Shown: piece by piece, positions 1 to 12,700 of the stretch
Position numbering within the stretch: position 1 is the stretch's first letter
Layout of the letters: each line of letters starts with the position of its first letter
Source of the DNA: Tubiluchus corallicola
Taxonomy: Eukaryota > Animalia > Priapulida
Direction of reading: 5' to 3'
DNA: 64,000 nucleotides
Assembly: GCA_030141605.1 (NCBI GenBank)
Contig: JAQGDQ010000426.1
Location: 124,001 to 188,000, forward strand
Made by a program: the position numbers and the translations under genes
Notes under the pieces: generated by a model
Databases searched by the model: none
The model's input: the letters and a program-made list of their open reading frames with translations, nothing else
What the model was told of the DNA's origin: nothing

Positions 1-676
1 GCGGCGTAAATAAATAAATAAATAAACTTATGCTAGCATCGCAACAGCATTGGAAGCAGGGTGCGAGTACGAAATTCCTCGGGTGAGAGGAATAACTGAG
101 CAGTACTGTGACATGGCGACCAAATTTAAATGATCAACCTAGTTATCAGCTGGATTCATGAAATTCAGTTGTGGCCACAGTTACAGTGTCTGCATGCGAC
201 ATTTGGGTATCCGTGGTCTCTGGGTATTTCATCTGAACCTGGATGAGATCCTTCTACTTATCGTTTATCAATTTGTTGACTGAGTTTGCGGCAATATTTT
301 CTAGTGTATTGTTAGTTTGTTTTCCCTGCAGCAGCAGATCAGAAAACTTCTGAATCGTTACAAAGTCGATCAGTTGCTTTGTCGTGTGTCAACGGAAATT
401 TATTCCGCAAATATTTTTCTGTGTGCGTATTTGTGCTAGGCCATGCGACACATCGATCGCCCGTATATTTAATAACCCTCGGGTTTCGTTTCAAAGAACT
501 TTGCTTTGAACAAGAATGCGGTGTTTGCATGCGACATTTGACAGGTTTCTTCAGAGAAAGAAATTCAAATCGAATGGATTATGCAGCAATCAGGCGTACG
601 TGCAGTTTGTGAAAATTGTATTTCATTCGTTTGAGAACTGAAAAGATTAATTGACTGCTTTTTTTGTTCATTATAG

Positions 677-781
677 GAACGGAAAACCATGACAGTAATG
701 TTGGAGTATATGCAGCTGACACTGAGTCATACACTACATTTAGTAAGCTGTTTGACCCCATCATTGACTGCTACCACAAAG
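677..781 (+). CDS. AK: Arginine kinase exon ([36 protein letters not shown])
   Basis: ttatag| acceptor and |gtacgt donor; guanidino-specificity region. Confidence 0.93.
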
Positions 782-3700
782 GTACGTAGACTAGCATGTA
801 ATCTATATAGCAAACATAAGATTGTATAACTATAACACTTTCATAAAGTCTTTATTTTTAACCACCAGCCCTGGGTTTCTTTTCTTCTGTTCTCTGTTTG
901 GACCGTTTCACATTTAACCACATTTTGACCTAACCAATACCTGGGCTGGATTCAAATAGAAGCATACTTATTGAATTAATACAACTGAGCCGAGCATAAA
1001 AGATGACGCAAATGTTTTATTAAACTATCATGAATTCGCAAATGCTGAGTCTTGAAAGCATTAATCGGTTCTAAATGCAATCAGTTGAATTTCTAAATGA
1101 TTCCAGGATTTTTCGAAAGTTGCATTGGTTAAGGGTACTTAGACGTTCCTTCTTACTAAAATTACATTTTTTTTTGCTTACTCGCTTGCGAAACGTATAA
1201 AGAGGTCTCTTTCGTCGTGATGTTGACGCTATTCTCGTTTACTGAATGATGAAAGTTGGTAATTCGTTTCAGACTTGTGTTGAAGGCTTAGATTGGGTAC
1301 AGTTTTTACCTGTTTGTCGATTAAGTCATAAGTTATTTATTTCACCTTACACATTTACAATAGTTTCATGTACAATATATAGTGAAAGGGCCTACAATGA
1401 ACATAATACAAATAAGTTTTTATTGTTTCTGCACAAGAAGTCTCACACACTGTTCACCTATATACAAACGTAAATGTGTTGCGGGTAATCAAAAAGCAGG
1501 GCTTTCTTGGTAGTAATACGTTTATCTGTAATATGGCAGCGAGAAGAATTAGTAGACCTATACTTCCCTGATGTTACGTTATAGTAGACTCATACATGGA
1601 CATCAATAAAACTTCATAGCATTAGCACACGGAGCAGTGTCTTACTGGTTCCAGAAACGTATAGATGGTAAAAGCATAGTAAAGTTTAACTCTTTCATAA
1701 TTCGGTTATTCGTCGCTACTTGCTGTTCTTCGACTGCTGGAAGCCACATGTTGAAGAGGCTGAAACAGCAAAGGCATCACTTCCAGGAAAAGGAGGAAGG
1801 AGGTTATATTTGCTCCTTTAAAATACACGCGATCTGTTCACCGGCTTCTTCAAGGTCGCGCGAGCCCCAGGCGTATGAGAAGCTAAAGTGTGCGCGGGAT
1901 ACAGTGTTTTGCTCGTCTAAATTTATTCTAATTTCCCGGTCATCCGAGCTTAGAATTTCGCTGCATCTCACTTTGAACAGCGTCACGTTTCTTAATTAAG
2001 AACTAATCGATCATCATTACAATAGTAAGTCAGCATCACTGGCTATGCTTTGTCCATGTTATTTAGGAAACAGTCTGTCGGTGATGTAGACTTCGTCGAC
2101 TAATCCTGCCTTTAAGACCCATAATTACTTATAGTAGCCTACGTGATTGGTAATTGGTGGCTTAATAGAACGTTATAGTAGGACTAGTATATAAATAAGC
2201 GTCTTAAACCAACTAATTGCAGTGGTGCAAATCAACGATTACATTTTAATTATATTACCAATTATTATAATTTAGTTTATTGTTAAATCGACTAAATCAT
2301 AAAATTTGATGTCAATTAAGTCCAATGGGATGTTGGTTGTAGAATGCAATGCAATATTCCAAACGAACTTACTATATCTACACAAATACAAATACGTAAT
2401 TATCTAATAGCATACATTTTTTTACATACTATCATACTGATAATAGTAAAGTATATTTAAAAACCTAAATTCACAAAAACTCACATGTATTCATTCATGA
2501 AATGTAATAATGACAATATTCGAATAATCCTACATATTTGCTATTGTCTCAAGCATTAATTTAGACAAGCAAAGGCCTCGAAAAAAATTTTGCGTATAAA
2601 TACACGTATAATCAAAAATGCGCGAACATCCTACCTAGTGTTCGTTTACTTACCTAACGCAAAGTCAGCAGCAGCAGCTTTTACTGAATTAAAGTTATAA
2701 GGTTATAGGCAGAGTATAATGGATGACGTCAGAACAATGGCTTTGCGTCAGCAGTTTTCCAAGCGAAAATTGCCAAAAATAGAACATCTAATTAACTCGT
2801 CGGTACTCATCTTGGTGGACGTACCCTAAAATATAGCGCACATCATCGTGTAGCCCTGTTTTTCGTCTTTCTAAAGAGCTATATATATTTTTTCGAGAGT
2901 CCCACCAAGCGCCGCCACCAAAACGTTTTTCCTGCAGGTTGTTTGACCAAAATTTCGACAAAATCCGGAGTTGGGAACGGGAAAACGCCCGTTGCGGGAA
3001 GCCGTGGCCCTCTCGCAAATTCTAAATACGCCTATGACACCCACCGCTGAACGGGCTATCTATCCATGGCCGGCACCGCCCCTGGCTGGTTCCAGTTCTT
3101 CAGAAATAAGAGGTATGAGTTTTAGATACCGAGCATATGTATAACACATTGTTCTCGCGGTTGAAAGTATTGTCGCTTGGATTTTATTTTTTTTGAAGCA
3201 TTTTTGATACTTTGCACATAAGAATTCTTGGACATGTCGCAGAGTAAACAATTGAGTTGGTTCGTTCGCTTGCTGACCTTGCATTGTAAATTTTCCCTTA
3301 CGTGGTTTACACTCTAACATTGCTCGATCTACCGCGGTATTGAATGATATGCATGGCTGGCTTCGTAACAGAGCCGCGCCTGATGCCGTGAATACGGTGC
3401 AATCGATTGTTATACGATAAACCCATGATCTCAATTTCAGAGCTTTAACTCTAGTTGTTTAAGGTTCATGCATTGCGAAGCATTTTACTTAGGACGTACT
3501 AAGGAGTCTATTTGCTGATTCGTTTCATTTCGTGTGTGTTGGCGTCATTAAAATGTTTCTTACCATTAAATCATATCGACCATTAATATGTGGAACAACT
3601 TACCACAGAACATTCGTGAAATTACATCCATTTCACAATTCAAACAAGAGCTCAAATCTCATTTAAGTTTTTCGTTGCGTAAGAAACATTTTTCATTTGG

Positions 3701-6700
3701 TAAACCTCCAATATCAGTGCATCATACGCGCATGAGAATCGGATTTTCTCAGCTAAACTATGACCTTTTCTCTAAAGGCTGTAAAGATAATAACGGTCAT
3801 CCAATATTGCCGAATTGTAACTGTGGAGTTCGATTTGAGTCTGTTGAACACTTTTTGTTGCACTGCCCATTGTATCAACAAACTAGGGTTGTTATGTTTG
3901 ATAAATTAAATGAAATACTTCTGCCCGAAAACCTTAATATAGCTGCCTTAGGAAATAATGATCTGTTGAAGTTGTTATTATTCGGATAAGATGAATTTAA
4001 CTATGTTGCTAACTGTAAAATATTCCAACGTATACATGACTTTATATTACGTACTAAACGCTTCCAGTAGTTTCTATCTGATGTGAAATGCATCAGTCTT
4101 AAATATTCGTACATTAATACTTTCTAACCGTCATTTTCTACTAATGTCTAATGTAATCATGTAGTAAAACTTGTCAGCTTGTGTAGTTATAGTCTATTCT
4201 TACTGTAAATGTTTTTGAAAATAGTGTATAAAGTCTGTTGCGGTGAGGATCCTAAATCATGTTGTACAAACTGTCTGATCCAATCCTAAAATTATGTTTA
4301 AACTAAACTAAAATGTTTCTTGAAGCTAATCACGCAAATGAAAATGTTGAATTCGAAGACTTGGAATCGCCCAAATCCACATGAAGTGGCTTTCTGTAAG
4401 GACGAAATAATAATTATGAGTTTATGACAGTTATGCAAGGCTATAAAAGAAACAACTGTTTGGGCGCCAAATGAAATCTTCGCGTTTACATAGAATTTCA
4501 GCGTTATCTGACAAATCCGTTGTCAGAATGGCACCAAGGTGCAGCACTTTGTCGGAAAAGACATCGGTGTTGTTGAGTTTACTGTGGGATGTAAGTTGTG
4601 GGGAACATTCTTATGAGAATAGAAAATTATACATTTGCTCTTTACTTCGTCACGACTTATGTTTACGAAATCGATATCATAATTTCTGGCATTCTCTTCA
4701 CAAATTTTTAACATGGCGGGGAGAACCCGCATAGCCAACAGACATAAATCGTCAGCATATACGAGCCTGCCACAGCACCAGTTACCCAACAAACGTCCAA
4801 TTTTAGAATCCCGCAATAGTCCATCTACGTGCACGCCAAATCAAATTGGGGACAAGACAACACCCTGTCTAACCCCAGAGCATTTTCGACACTTTTAGGC
4901 TAATAGACAGCAACTCGAATTACTGTCTTTTACCAAAACACGGTAGCGTTGGCACAAGTAAAAAAAAATCTAGATTTGGTATTATGCCACGATAAACATA
5001 TTTGCTGGTTGATTAATAGCATTATTAACCCAAAGCGTTTTTATCATTTCATAACAATTTTGACCTGTATTTCACATAAAATCTAAATGCAATTTTTAGT
5101 TTAATCAAGATTGACCTTATTTTGTTGCTCGCTAATTAAACTACATGTATATTTTTTCTCTGGGTTATATAGAAAATGCCATAATTTTAAAAATTACTAT
5201 TGTTTCCTGAATTAAACTGATAACATTAATGCCCACCAGTGTCTAAAAATCTTTTTAACTATATTCGGTAAAGGATAGCAGACTAGGTGACTTTATAGTC
5301 TTTTCGCTATCCTTTCTCTAGTTCTAGATCAATCTATATATTTTAACCATTCTTCAAAACTTATGAGAGATTCTTTTATTAATCATGTTTTATTGTAACA
5401 CTATAAAGAGATAAATAAATTGAAATTGAATTGAATTGGTTCGTATACATATTTAATGACAATTTATATTAGCAGGAAGATTTTTCTGAAGCAGAAGTAT
5501 TTTCTTATCCAGTTCATTTTAGTCTGAAGTGTCCATCCTTTTCTCCTTGTGCTGCTTTTTGTTACTTTTTATCAGCCAGTTTCTTTTTTTGTGAATGATT
5601 TTGCGTGACTGGACTGACTGCTGCTTTCACTTGTGCTAAATCACGACATGACAGATGACAATGCGTGTGAAAATCCACTGGGATTCAGACAGGAGCCATT
5701 TGACGTGAAGCCATTGGTGTATGGCGTGAGTAATCGATAAATCAAGTGTCGACGTAAAGCACTTCTAATAGAAATTATTTACTTTTCATCTCCCCACTGA
5801 GTGAGATCGTTCGAGACCAAACGCAAAATTTTCAGAATAATTGTGAATTATGCCTCGTCTAAGTCATTTAGGCTGAATTACTGAAATGTCACGGAATTCA
5901 GTGAAAAATTTAATTGGTTCATTACTGAGTCTAGCCAGTGGTATTGATACCGAAATTGATGCTGAAAATTCTCACTTAGAAAGTTAGTTCTGTAGGCTGA
6001 CACGCTCAAAGACTGTCGCTGATGATAATTTCTGCAGCAGGCAATCTCGTAAATACGTTCGCGTTTACGTAATTTTAGTTAATTTATAATTTATCAGAGA
6101 AACTGAGCTAGCATTAGCTGTAAATATTTAATTTATTATTCAATTTTGTTAAAATGGAGTTTTAATGCGTAGATATGCGACTTTTAAAAAGCGAAACGCC
6201 GTGAAAACTCCAGTGACAAAACTCGCTTTGCGAACAAGTAGTTGATAATTTGCAAGAAATAACTGGTTGGCTTTTGGTTACTGCAAACTGGTTGCCTGAA
6301 CAAAATGCGCTCTGCGCAATGTGTAGTATTTGTACAGGATTTAATGAAAAAATTTTAATTTTTATATTAAGATAACCCACAGTTCAGGTAACCCAAACAG
6401 GTTCTGTGCTCTACCGTAGCGGTTGTCATCATTTGATCTCCACTTTGTTATGCTTTTGGCTTTTATTCCTGTTTACATTACAAGTGAAAAGAGGACCCGT
6501 CCCGGTTTTTCTTTGTCCGCGCTGGGCTTAAATTCTGATTGATCGCACCTTATACAGTTACATGTATAAATTAGGTTTATTATATGATTAGGTTTATTAA
6601 TATTATTCTTAAATCGTTACTTGCAGTTTCTCATGCAGTCGCAATATATGGCCTCCAATCAATTATAATGCTATTTTAATATACCTCTATGTAAATTAAA

Positions 6701-9700
6701 CATACACTGTGGTCGTTTCTTCTCCTCTTTTCCTTCTTCCTATCCCTAATCTTACTATTTTTTTCCATTCCATCATTTCTTCTGACCCTAACCATTCTTT
6801 CGTTCACTCATTTGTGCCACCTTAACAAGCCAAGCTTTCAACGTGTCATACAGCAACTCTTTTATTTGGTTAATTTGACTTCATCAACGTTTTTTTTACT
6901 TATACTGTTTTTTTTTGTTTCAATAATATTGTATGTTGATGAATTGTATATGTATTGCTGGAGTGAAATAAATTTATTGATTGATTGATTGACTTGCTTG
7001 TCTTTTGACAGTAGACTATTAAGTTGAATAACCATGATGCATGGGCTAGTGGTGTATGATTCACACAGCTTAGGCTACAAAATACAGCGCAGTTCTACAG
7101 CATTAAGTTTCTGATCCTGGGGACTTGTCTGGGACAAATCCTGGGTTTTCTCAGAGCGGGATCGCTTATACAAATCCGAATTAAAAAAATGTATATCCCG
7201 TGTTTCATGAGTGCTTCGTTAGTAAAAATGGGTTTATTGATTGTTTGGTGGTCTTTCATTTATAAATCCTTCATAGTCATCAGCATAAGTCCTTCACTCG
7301 GTATCGAACATATAACCCTTACTGTCTAAAATTTTGTATTTTCCCAAATCGTAAATTGTACCGCCAATCCCCTATAAAATCGAAAATTATTCTCGGTATC
7401 GAAATTCGTTATATTCGGTATATAACGAGTATTACAATAGTTCAGTCTCGCTGCGTTTTGGTTTTGAGATATTGTTTTACTGCCTCACTTCCCAGAAATC
7501 ACTATAATTTTGCGTTCATGGGATTCATATGCAATAGTCGTCACTTTTCATCTTGGATTGTGCAAATATTTGTTCAGCGTTCAGTTTTTCTTTTTTTATG
7601 TAACTGTGCAAGTTTATTTTATCTGGGAAAGTTTTTACGACTGTTCACATCAAACGATGAATTATACACAACAGTTATAAAAATGTTCAGATATGACACT
7701 GGGCGTAGTGAAGTAGCTTCATTAACTTTTAGTGCATAAATAATTACTATAATATATTTTAGGTTTTCCACCAAGTGCTAAGCATCCAACACCAACATTT
7801 GGTACAGCAGATCAGATTGCCGGATTCAAAAAGCTTGACCCAGAGGGCAAATTTATAGTCTCCACAAGAGTACGAGTCGGCAGGAGCATCCAGGGTTTCC
7901 CTTTTAACACCTTGCTCCAAGCTGATGTAAGTCCAAGTTATAAAAAGACGAATTATTTAACTAAATTTGTGTAATTAATGCCAGAGAACCACTGGCATAT
8001 TGACTGAAAGTTTAATTACTGAATGTATCTACAAAAATGTGTTAAAACATCCATATATTTTGAAAAATACAAAGAAATTTTAATTTCAAAACTATATTTT
8101 AAACTATATATTCTACATGTATGCAAATTCACGATGCACGAGGACTTCACTTATAATGCATACAAATAGAAAAATCAGCATTTAATCTTCATCGTATTAT
8201 CGAGGTTGAAAATTTCTTATCTAATGAATCTATCACAGATGTTCAATCTCTGTTTTACATGCACTGGCTAACGATTATAATTAGCTGTATATATAAACTG
8301 TTGGTTTTCATTTGCTGTCTTCTGTCTATCGTAAGTCTTCACCCATAACCTGCTATAAATTCCATGCAAGGTGTTTTGAACGGCTTATAAGGTGCCTTAA
8401 TTAAAATTATTACTACTCTTCAATGATATAAAATTGAACACAGAAGATATCAACATATATACAAAAATTTACAAAAAACCATAACCTGAGAACAACATTT
8501 TCAAGGAACAGTCATTAACGATAATGTTTCCAGATTAACTCACGTTAAAAATTTGCAGCGAGTGATCTCAAAGAGATTACAGTCTTTCCAAAATATCATC
8601 AAAGTGTGGCAGGTTTAAATTTACACAACTGGCTGGCATATAAGCCGTATGGAAGGTTAAATCTTTGAATAATATTCTATATCCTATTACATTTTTTTAA
8701 TTGGTTACCTCAGCTAAGCAAGCAAAGGAGTTTAATAAACCTCTGAACAGTAGGTTCTCTACATTGTGTTTATATTGTATTGTTGCGATAGAAAACAAAA
8801 TCATATATTAGAAATGCAGATTGGGTCTTATAACTTTGTTGCTAGGATTATAAATGACCTAAACGTTTTTCTTCCTCAAAAAAGTTCATGCAATTTCGAC
8901 TAATTTCACTTTCCCAATTTCCGAACTGTGATATCTAGCAGGTTTAGTACAAAATATATTTGCATTTTATAATATTAAAGGGAAGGACTGTACATATGTA
9001 TAGGTGTGTCTGTCAAATACTTAAACTCGGAAGCGGTAGACGCAGTTAAGCAAGTAATTTTACTTGTATTAAGTGTTTTATAATAATGCTTCCCAGTTAT
9101 ACCAACGCGCGCTTTATTTTTGATTTTTACAAAAAAATCAAATTGAACAACCTTATCCAGTACCTTATCCAACGAAATAAGGACCTAGATGGTAACTATC
9201 TATAAACGGTCCTTTCTCAATTGCCTTTTGAAACTGTCAACTGATGAAGCACTGATGGTTGATGATGAAAGATGATTCCATTGTTGAACTACACGATGCC
9301 CAAAGTATGATCTGATGTGGTTCTAGCTGGTTGCACCAACTTTGGTGAAAAAACCCCGCTTTCATTATTATATTATAGAGAAAACTGGGAACTTTACAGT
9401 ATCTGATGTTAGCTCTAGCTGGTTGCACCAACTTTGGTGAAAAAACCCTGCTTTCATTATTATATTATAGAGAAAACTGGGAACTTTACAGTATCCGATG
9501 TTGGTTCTAGCTGGTTGCACCAACTTTGGTGAAAAAAAACCCGCTTTCATTATTATATTGTAAGGAAAACTGGGAACTTTACAGTATCCGATGTTGGTTC
9601 TAGCTGGTTGCACCAACTTTGGTGAAAAAAAACCCGCTTTCATTATTATATTGTAAGGAAAACTGGGAACTTTACAGTATCCGATGTTGGTTCTAGCTGG

Positions 9701-12700
9701 TTGCACCAACTTTGGTGAAAAAAACCCGCTTTCATTATTATATTATAGGGAAAACTGGGAACTTTACAGTTAAGTTCATTTTCTTATTTTTGTACCACAA
9801 AAGTATTCCCGATGTTAACGTGCTTGCGTAAGCTCACAGGGCTTGTTAACTACGATCATTAAGGAACTAAAGGATAATCAACTAGGGAGATCAATGAAAC
9901 CTATACTTACGCTAAGCTGAAGAAGTATGGCATTAATGACTGATATTGAACCAATTAGCCTCTAGAGATCTTGATTAGTATACACACTGGCAGCTGGGTT
10001 TTCTTTCACGGCTGTAGAATAGGTGTGTTACTTGTTACTATCGTATTAGGGTGACTCAAAATGCCTAACCTCCAAGCGTAGTAGCTTACACCCACACACA
10101 GCAATTAAAAATACCTTTCAAATTATGCAATCTATGACTCTTAAGACCAAAACAGAAAATATTAAGAAATAAAACCTGGGCTGGATTTCATTAATTAATA
10201 GAAGGCCAACGTGACATTACTGGAACAGCCAGGAAGTAAAAATGAATCTCTTGAGCACCAGAAACATTAGTTCTTTATTAGCGTAATCGTTGTATCTCAA
10301 CTTACACACGAGTGTGAAATCACTAGTTGAACTTCTATATTTTACTGACTCTGTGAGTTCAGAGTTTTCAGTTAAGTTTCGTGCGTATATACATTTCCTA
10401 GAAGTCCTACATGCAAATGGACAGAAAGTAAAGGTTAGTGTAATTTAATGTGGAACCATTAAATCATTTACTACGAAAGGAGAAAAATTAAGGTTTTCCT
10501 TCAGTTTCCTTATTGCTAATCCAACAGGTGATTGCTGTGTTCCATATTGTTACAGTTTTCATTTTTAATATGTCATATGCACCTAGCAAAGGCAATTTTT
10601 CCTTTCATGCCATTAGCACATTTTGTTTTGTAATTTCTTGCAATTAACCTTAATAATTTTACCGTGTTCTTTTGTGTCGTTATAGCAATACTCTGAAATG
10701 GAACGCAGACTGAAGGAGGCGTTTTCCAGTTTTGAGGGAGAACTGAAGGGCAACTACTACCCGCTGCAGGGCATGGACGACGCCACCCGCAAGAAGCTGA
10801 TTGAGGATCACTTCCTCTTCCAGGAATGTGACAGGTATTGGTAATAATCCACGCTGCGAGGTCATTATGTGGACGTCTAACCCTAGCCATTTAATGCAGG
10901 CTTTTATTTCCAGGTTCTAAACATGTGTATTGCAAAATTGCATTCGCAACCCATTGTCATCATGGTCATCGTCATCATCATTATCATCATCCTCATGACT
11001 TGCAGCCTTTGGCCACGTTTATTGCAAATAATTCACACACCGAACCTATTATATGTCGGGATACTGCAAAACAATATGGTTACTATTGCCGTCTTTGCAA
11101 AGCAGGATTGGAATTTTCTTCGCTCCACATTTTTCGTGTTGATATTGCTAGAGAGCTAGATTTAACTTCCACATGTGGTATCAATTAGTGATAGTGTATT
11201 TAGATTTTATTATAGATGCGAATTTACTTATATAATAATAAAATGTTCTGCCAAAATAAACATGTCAAATTTCCAGTTTATGTATTTGTCTGTGAGATTG
11301 TCAAAGTAACAAATGGCAGGTGCGGTGCTGTAGCTAGACTTGCCGTATAATATGGCATCCAGTTTAATTTCCTGCACATGTGCATTTGAGAAATTATTAC
11401 ACTTTACTGGCAAGGGAAAAGCCCGATCCTTAAAACGGGCTGCTTATATCTACTAGGCAAAGTGACCACTTCTTGTCTTATCATTTTCAGATTCCTCAAG
11501 AGCGCTGGTGGGTACAACCACTTCCCTACCGGCCGTGGTATCTTCCACAACCCGGACAAGACCTTCCTCATCTGGGTCAATGAGGAGGACCACCTTCGCA
11601 TCATCTCCATGCAGATGGGCGGAGATTTGGGCGAAGTCTATAGACGCCTGATCAATGTGAGTATTCCACGTTTTGGTTTTTTTCTAATGACATTAAATAT
11701 TTTAATGTGACGGGTGCACATGTGACTGGATTTAAATCGGTTGTCAGTATATCATGTATATAGTTCCAACAAATTTAACGTTTAATTTGAAATTTATTTC
11801 AGAATTTGCATCAGGGATGTTACCGAAATTAAATTTTCTGTTCAATTTGCCGATAATTGCACTTTTGGTTAAGTTTCGGTTTCGGTGATATTTATTAAGT
11901 TTTGTAGCTGAAATTTCTGATAATTTTCTTAAGCATTTTTTAGAAGTTTCATTAGTATTTATCCAATTTACCTTTTCCTTTTTCATGGATGTCAAAAAAT
12001 GCTGAATAATCTTGGCTAAAATAGTTCAAATTTTCATTTACATAACAGTTTGTGACGTGCTTTTCTTAACAATGCGGTATATCTTCAGTAATGACCTCTG
12101 TGAAGTTTTAGGGTCTCCAGGCCCAAACAACCAAAATAAGTTATGAAAGACAGGCAACAAGATATCTACGAAATGAAATATCTTTATTTTAATGAAGCAT
12201 TATGATCTTTAAACGTTAATCATTATGGATACTTGAATCCAAAAACATTGTAACACATTAATTTTTCTAATGTGAGCCACTCCATCAAACTCGAGGTTCT
12301 ATACTATAAAACATTTTTGTTTTTATCAATAATTTTGAATCACAGCAAATAAAAGCAGACAAACAAAAAACAAAATATTTTACTTATTTTAGATTTTTTT
12401 CAGTTTTAATACTAGTTGGTTTTGCAAAAACGTTTCTGTTTGGTTTCGTTTCGGTGTCCGTTTCTTATGTTTGATAAATTTCAGTTTGTAAATTCAGTTT
12501 CGGTAACATCCCTGATTTGCATACAAATGTTGAACTGCTAACTGTATTGTCAGTTTCAAATGTTAGAACCACTATTTTGCAATTGTTTCGGTCTCTTGTG
12601 GCTACGCTACACGTAAGATTTTCTTTTATTTCGATTGCATTTGGGCGAATGTAGTCAGAGGTGTATCAGTGCCCTTATTTTAACCTTTTTTTATCATTTA

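Noticed and set aside
1637-1999. 120-aa ORF in the first AK intron
   Set aside because: No recognisable motif and no supporting splice or start context.
2636-3434. GC-richer ORFs here and at 23117-23672 that share a short similar end
   Set aside because: No recognisable protein motif or splice structure. They are probably decayed copies of one TE family, but the boundaries could not be defined.
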